Shown in pieces: positions 62,195 through 64,000 of a stretch of DNA of 64,000 nt; the stretch's first letter is position 1, and every line of letters begins with the position of its first letter. Source of the stretch: a virus. Taxonomy: Duplodnaviria; Caudoviricetes. The notes under the pieces are model-generated. The model saw only the letters and a list, made by a program, of their open reading frames with translations, was not told the origin of the DNA and ran no database searches. Where the stretch lies: the IMG/VR virus record IMGVR_UViG_3300033073_001607, positions 2,419-66,418 of that record. One strand, 5' to 3'. The position numbers were made by a program, and so were the translations under genes.

Positions 62195-62839
62195 ATGCCG
62201 AACCTCGTTGAGCGGATCGATGCAAAGACCGTGAAGCGTGGCCCCGACGAGTGCTGGCTTTGGACCGGTGGCGTGAGTCAAAAGGGCGCCCCGCACAGCT
62301 CCGACGGCAAGCGCGGAGCGAATCCGAGGCGGCTGGTGTGGGAGTGGAATAATGGTCGGCCCCTCACGAAGAACGAGCAGGTCTCGACCACATGCGGCGT
62401 CTTTCGATGCCTGAATCCTGCACACCTCTACGTTCGTCCGTGGATGAACGACGAAGCCCGGTTCTGGTCGCACGTGAAGAAGGCGGAAGGCGACGCATGC
62501 TGGGAGTGGCAGAGTACCTTCTTTGCGCGTGGGTACGGCGGCTTCAAGATGCAAGGCAAGGAACGCCAGGCGCACCGCGTCGCGTGGGAGCTCACCTACG
62601 GACCCATCGAGGGTCACATCCCCGGTCACCCGGAGAAAGAGCGCGTCGTCATGCACAAATGCGACAACCCAAAGTGCGTCCGCCCAGACCACCTCGAGCT
62701 CGGGACGGACACCGACAACATGCGCGACATGCTCGCCAAGGGCCGCGCAGCGTGGCAGCGGGATCCTGTTGGCTTCGGCAGGAAGATCAGCGCTGCGCAG
62801 CGTCGTTCCACGGGGTCCTCATCCCAGGAGCCGAAGTGA
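62195..62839 (+). CDS. HNH (His-Me finger) endonuclease with tandem duplicated domain
   Basis: ECWLWTG...C..NPAHL and ACWEWQ...AHRVAW...VMHKCDNPKCVRPDHL..GT..DNMRD. Confidence 0.9.
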   Translation: MPNLVERIDAKTVKRGPDECWLWTGGVSQKGAPHSSDGKRGANPRRLVWEWNNGRPLTKNEQVSTTCGVFRCLNPAHLYVRPWMNDEARFWSHVKKAEGDACWEWQSTFFARGYGGFKMQGKERQAHRVAWELTYGPIEGHIPGHPEKERVVMHKCDNPKCVRPDHLELGTDTDNMRDMLAKGRAAWQRDPVGFGRKISAAQRRSTGSSSQEPK

Positions 62840-62973
62840 ACTTCTACACCTTTGCTGGCGACCACCCGATCCTGACGGTCATCCTGGGCATGCTCTGCGT
62901 GTCCGCCATCGGCGCAGCGGCGAGTGCGTTTCGTCCGGTGTGTCGCTGCCAGAAAGACGACGCCGATGGGTGA
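62836..62973 (+). CDS. 45-aa membrane peptide
   Basis: ILTVILGMLCVSAIGAAA; GTGA overlap. Confidence 0.6.
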   Translation: MNFYTFAGDHPILTVILGMLCVSAIGAAASAFRPVCRCQKDDADG

Positions 62974-63271
62974 CGTGGTCAACTTTCGACGACCGAACCT
63001 GGAGGCCGAGAACGCGTACCTACGCGTGGAGATCGGGCGCATCGCGGGCCTGCTTCGGGGGCAGATGATGCGTGTCTGGGCCATCTGGGACCTCGAGACG
63101 AACCAGAGCACGCGCTACGTGGGGTGCCGTGGCTGCTTCCGCAAGACGGAGACGACCGAGCCGGACTCCGACGCGCTTCACAACTTTCAGCACGAGTTTG
63201 GTTGCTACCTCTATCGGTGCGCCGAATGGCCGTTGCCCATGAAGGGCCAAGCGCAGGAGCCCGAGAAGTGA
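62966..63271 (+). CDS. Hypothetical protein
   Basis: MGDVVNF start; CxxC. Confidence 0.65.
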   Translation: MGDVVNFRRPNLEAENAYLRVEIGRIAGLLRGQMMRVWAIWDLETNQSTRYVGCRGCFRKTETTEPDSDALHNFQHEFGCYLYRCAEWPLPMKGQAQEPEK

Positions 63272-63561
63272 ACACCGTCGAGTACGTAGACGACCTCGAA
63301 TGGGAGACGCAGGAGCGGCTCCGCAAGATCGATGTGCTCGTGGAGCGTCTCCGCGACGCCAAGCAGCGCATGCGTCTCGGCATCGCCGTGGCGGACCCTA
63401 AGGGGCTCGACGTTCTCCTCGAGGAGGCCGCCGACGAACTCGAGGAATGCGGCGTCGACGTCTCGATGGTCGGTGCGCAAGATGCGCGGACCAGGCACTG
63501 GAACAAGGAACCACGCGGACGGCTCTCTCGACGCCCGTCGCACACGAAAGGCGGTGCCTGA
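63268..63561 (+). CDS. Hypothetical protein
   Basis: AGGAG RBS, GTGA overlap. Confidence 0.65.
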   Translation: MNTVEYVDDLEWETQERLRKIDVLVERLRDAKQRMRLGIAVADPKGLDVLLEEAADELEECGVDVSMVGAQDARTRHWNKEPRGRLSRRPSHTKGGA

Positions 63562-63740
63562 TGCCCAGCCTCAAGGACACCGATCCGGACTTCGCCGAGG
63601 CCGACCTGTTGATGCACCGTCTTTGGACGCGGGCCGTTGGAACGCCGGAGTACAACAAGCGAGAGTGGCAGTCGCTGGAGGCGGCCATCCTGAAGCTGGC
63701 TCGTCGTTCCGCGCCTTCTGGATGCGAGGAGCCGAAGTGA
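63561..63740 (+). CDS. Hypothetical protein
   Basis: TGATG overlap. Confidence 0.65.
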   Translation: MPSLKDTDPDFAEADLLMHRLWTRAVGTPEYNKREWQSLEAAILKLARRSAPSGCEEPK

Positions 63741-63955
63741 AAGCCTTCCGCATCGACGACCCAAAGTATCTGCGCTGCGGCGGATGCGGCGCGGGTGGGT
63801 GCGCCGCTTCACCATTGGTGGGTCCGCTCGTCCAGGTTGGCGACGAGCCCGACTACGATTCCAGCACCGCGTGGCTCTGCTTCCCGTGCGTGAAGGACGC
63901 CTACGACGCAATGACACGGCCCACGCAGGCACCATCCGTGGAGCGGAAGCCATGA
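63737..63955 (+). CDS. Small CxxC...CxxC hypothetical protein
   Basis: AGGAG RBS, GTGA overlap. Confidence 0.65.
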   Translation: MKAFRIDDPKYLRCGGCGAGGCAASPLVGPLVQVGDEPDYDSSTAWLCFPCVKDAYDAMTRPTQAPSVERKP

Positions 63956-64000
63956 GCGCTCTCGGCGCCTGCGAAAGCCTCTACTACGACCTGTCCGCCA
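63952..64000 (+). CDS. Hypothetical protein, 3'-truncated by the window edge
   Basis: ATGA overlap, GGAG RBS. Confidence 0.45.
   Translation, partial: MSALGACESLYYDLSA

Larger units (their letters stand above)
1..64000. mobile_element. Temperate myovirus (Mu-like structural gene families), apparently non-integrated form; genome extends beyond the window
   Basis: Complete head, contractile-tail, lysis, replication and cI/cro modules; no host housekeeping genes; att core flanked by phage genes on both sides. Confidence 0.95.

Noticed and set aside
62143-62211. 22-codon ORF (MTRPADCAG...) between 62146 and the HNH gene
   Set aside because: Too short and featureless to support; may simply be the HNH insertion junction

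Overview
The whole 64 kb window is one GC-rich temperate myovirus genome (contractile tail, Mu-like head, tail and baseplate gene families). The host is probably a myxobacterium; this is inference from the gene families and the Mx8/Mx9-like integrase layout. Order from left: 3' part of a tyrosine integrase (+), whose ORF reads through the 3' half of a tRNA-Cys on the opposite strand. Both flanks of that fragment are phage DNA, so it looks like an intact attP in a free or excised genome. Next is a long minus-strand late region read from about 42.2 kb down to 0.74 kb: ParB-DNA methylase, terminase, two inserted fibre-like genes, portal, protease/scaffold, decoration protein, capsid, neck, sheath, tube, tail chaperone with a -1 frameshift, tape measure, baseplate, four fibre/receptor-binding genes, an unusual lysis cassette containing a papain-like protease, and finally a translationally coupled glycosylation cluster. 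Then come minus-strand replication and regulation genes (initiator with iterons, DnaB, RusA, Dam-like methylase, LexA-type DNA-binding domain), a cro/cI switch at about 52.3 kb, and a plus-strand early region (YqaJ-like exonuclease plus partner, DEDDh exonuclease, C5 methylase with a nested out-of-frame subunit, HNH nuclease, many small ORFs). The most notable system is the 8.5 kb glycosylation cluster at 1076-9633. It encodes a 1156-aa GT2-TPR-methyltransferase-GT-B fusion, a second GT-B enzyme, and its own nucleotide-sugar enzymes (UDP-glucuronate decarboxylase-like SDR, NDP-sugar C-methyltransferase, cupin, Gfo/Idh/MocA reductase). I interpret it as a self-contained virion-protein glycosylation pathway that may install a branched, methylated sugar. 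All calls come from motif recognition by eye; no searches were run.
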